From: an uncultured cyanobacterium
Lineage (GTDB): Bacteria; Cyanobacteriota; Cyanobacteriia; Cyanobacteriales; Cyanobacteriaceae
Assembly: GCA_963749915.1 (NCBI GenBank)
Contig: CAVVOP010000032.1
Coordinates: forward strand, 117,902 to 181,901
Direction: 5' to 3'
Length of the DNA stretch: 64,000 nt
The notes beneath the pieces are model-generated. The model was not told the DNA's origin. It did not search any database and worked only from the letters and a program-made list of their open reading frames with translations. The position numbers and the translations under genes are program-made. Shown here one piece after another: positions 62,503 through 64,000 of the stretch (positions within the stretch are counted from its first letter, which is position 1; each line of letters opens with the position of its first letter).

Positions 62503-63723
62503 TTTTATTGTCTTCTTTTTCTTGACTCTTATTAACCCTATTTCGGCACAAGAAAAGAATCCGCAAAAAGTTGATATTGTTCGCACTACCGTTAATGATG
62601 ACCAAGTTACCCTACGGGTGACGGTGACGGGAGAGGGCGATCGACCTGTGATGGGTTTGTCACATAAAGATTTTGCTTTACAAGTGCAGGGGAATAAGGT
62701 AGAGTTCGATCGCCGAGACTGGAAATCCCCTGAAGAATCAGAGCCTCCTCCAGCGTGGATTATCGTCTTAATGGATATGTCTGGGAGTATGTTAACCCCT
62801 GATAGTAGCGGTAAAACTAAGTTAGAAGGGGCGATGGAAGCTACTACCCAATTCCTCTCCATGTTAGCAGAAAGGGGCGGAAATACCCAAGTGGCGATCG
62901 TGCCTTTTGGGGAAGGTAATGAAAAATGCGAAGGGTATAAAGTTACTGAGCAAGAATTAGGTAATTTTTTTAGTCCGAATGATGTCAAATTAACTAACTT
63001 TTTAAGCTATTTAGCAAGTACAAAACCCTGTGCTTCGACTAATCTTTATAAACCTTTAAAAGAAGCCATAAAATTCTTAGGAATGAGAAGAAATTCACGA
63101 TTTTATCTCGCGAAAAACAAAAAATCAGGGGAGAATTAGAGCCTAGATTATCAATAATTTTAGTCTCAGACGGTTATCATAATTTCCCCAATGAAGCCGG
63201 AGATTTTGCTAAATTATTAGAGCAATTAGAAGACTATAATAACATCATAGTTCATACTTTAGGCTATGGTTTAACTCCTCAACAATTAGCAAAAAAATAT
63301 CAATTACCTAAACCTGCTACCCGTGCAGATATTAATAAGGGAAAAGTACCAGAGGAGGAATTTGTCGATGAAAAAAGATTGGCAGAAATTGCTCAAAAAA
63401 CAGGAGGAATTGCCGAGTTTTCGGGGAATGCGGAAGATATTGCGGGAAATCTCCAATTATTTCTTAATGCCTTGTTAGGAGAGTATGAAATCACTTATAC
63501 TGATCCTAATCCAGAAAGAGGCGCTACGAATAAAGTTATAGTGGAAGTTATGGATATAAAATCGGAGGAAAAACCCTATACCATACCAGTTTTTGGGCGC
63601 ACATTACCCTTAAATATTCGCCTATCAATCTTTATTTCTACTTTAATTAGTTTAGGTTTATTTGGGGTTTTACCCCTTTATTTTTGGGGTAAAATGTTGA
63701 AACAAAAAACCCTAGAAGAATAA
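62414..63723 (+). pseudogene. exported vWA-domain protein with C-terminal TM anchor, split by a frameshift near 63110-63140
   Basis: MIDAS DMSGSM in 62414-63139; the alternative frame continues EPRLSIILVSDGYH...VHTLGYG...DEKRLAEIAQKTGG into 63379-63723. Confidence 0.75.
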
Positions 63724-64000
63724 GAAATTAAAAATTAAGAATTAAATTCTAGGTTGTATATTATCATTCACTAACTAATAAATAAATGAGTCCGTTGGGG
63801 AAATAACACTTAACATAAAACTTGACAAAAATCTTAGTTTGTAAATGTATGAATTTTTGTCTAAGTACCGTTAATCAGTAAAATTGTATCGTAAACCGCC
63901 TCGCAATAAATTGACGAGGAGCTAATAGCTAAAATCTGCTAAAGCGATTTCATTGTTTTTGATTAAAACACGCCATAAATGCGTTATCATACAATAAATT

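Noticed and set aside
63893..63950. REP-like dispersed repeat (AAACCGCCTCG...CGAGG.GCTAATAGCT)
   Set aside because: Degenerate and single in this window; cannot be supported without a genome-wide search

Overview
AT-rich cyanobacterial chromosomal segment (HIP1 octamer GCGATCGC about 20 times by eye; psbN/psbH, ftrC, petF, glpX). Resemblance to the Cyanobacterium/Geminocystis group is my inference. Most of the window is housekeeping: pckA, alr, ftrC, psbN-psbH-tatA, sigB, plsY, thiO-thiG fusion, pgi, glpX, cdsA, glk, groES-groEL with CIRCE and K-box, phoH, bvdR, petF, prfA. Between pgi and glpX lies a ~17 kb accessory copper/heavy-metal island littered with decayed IS elements. It carries an RND adaptor fused to a YtkA/FixH-like domain, a YtkA-like lipoprotein, a Met-rich RND pump whose proton-relay lysine appears to have moved from TM10 to TM4, a proteobacterial-type CopA multicopper oxidase/CopB pair and a CopR/CopS(RppA/RppB)-type two-component system. 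Three copies of TTTCATCCTRATTTCAT, each exactly 10 bp before a -10-like hexamer, tie these genes into one predicted regulon. Other notable items: a MITE family with two copies and different internal hairpins, a 1.15 kb IS with 21-bp TIRs and a poorly classified DDE transposase, an orphan DNA-phosphorothioation-associated methyltransferase, a persulfide-dioxygenase operon with a palindromic operator, a Wzc pseudokinase, a membrane FHA-like/vWA pair, and many internally deleted pseudogenes. No tRNA, rRNA or CRISPR array was seen. All family assignments are from motif recognition, not database searches.
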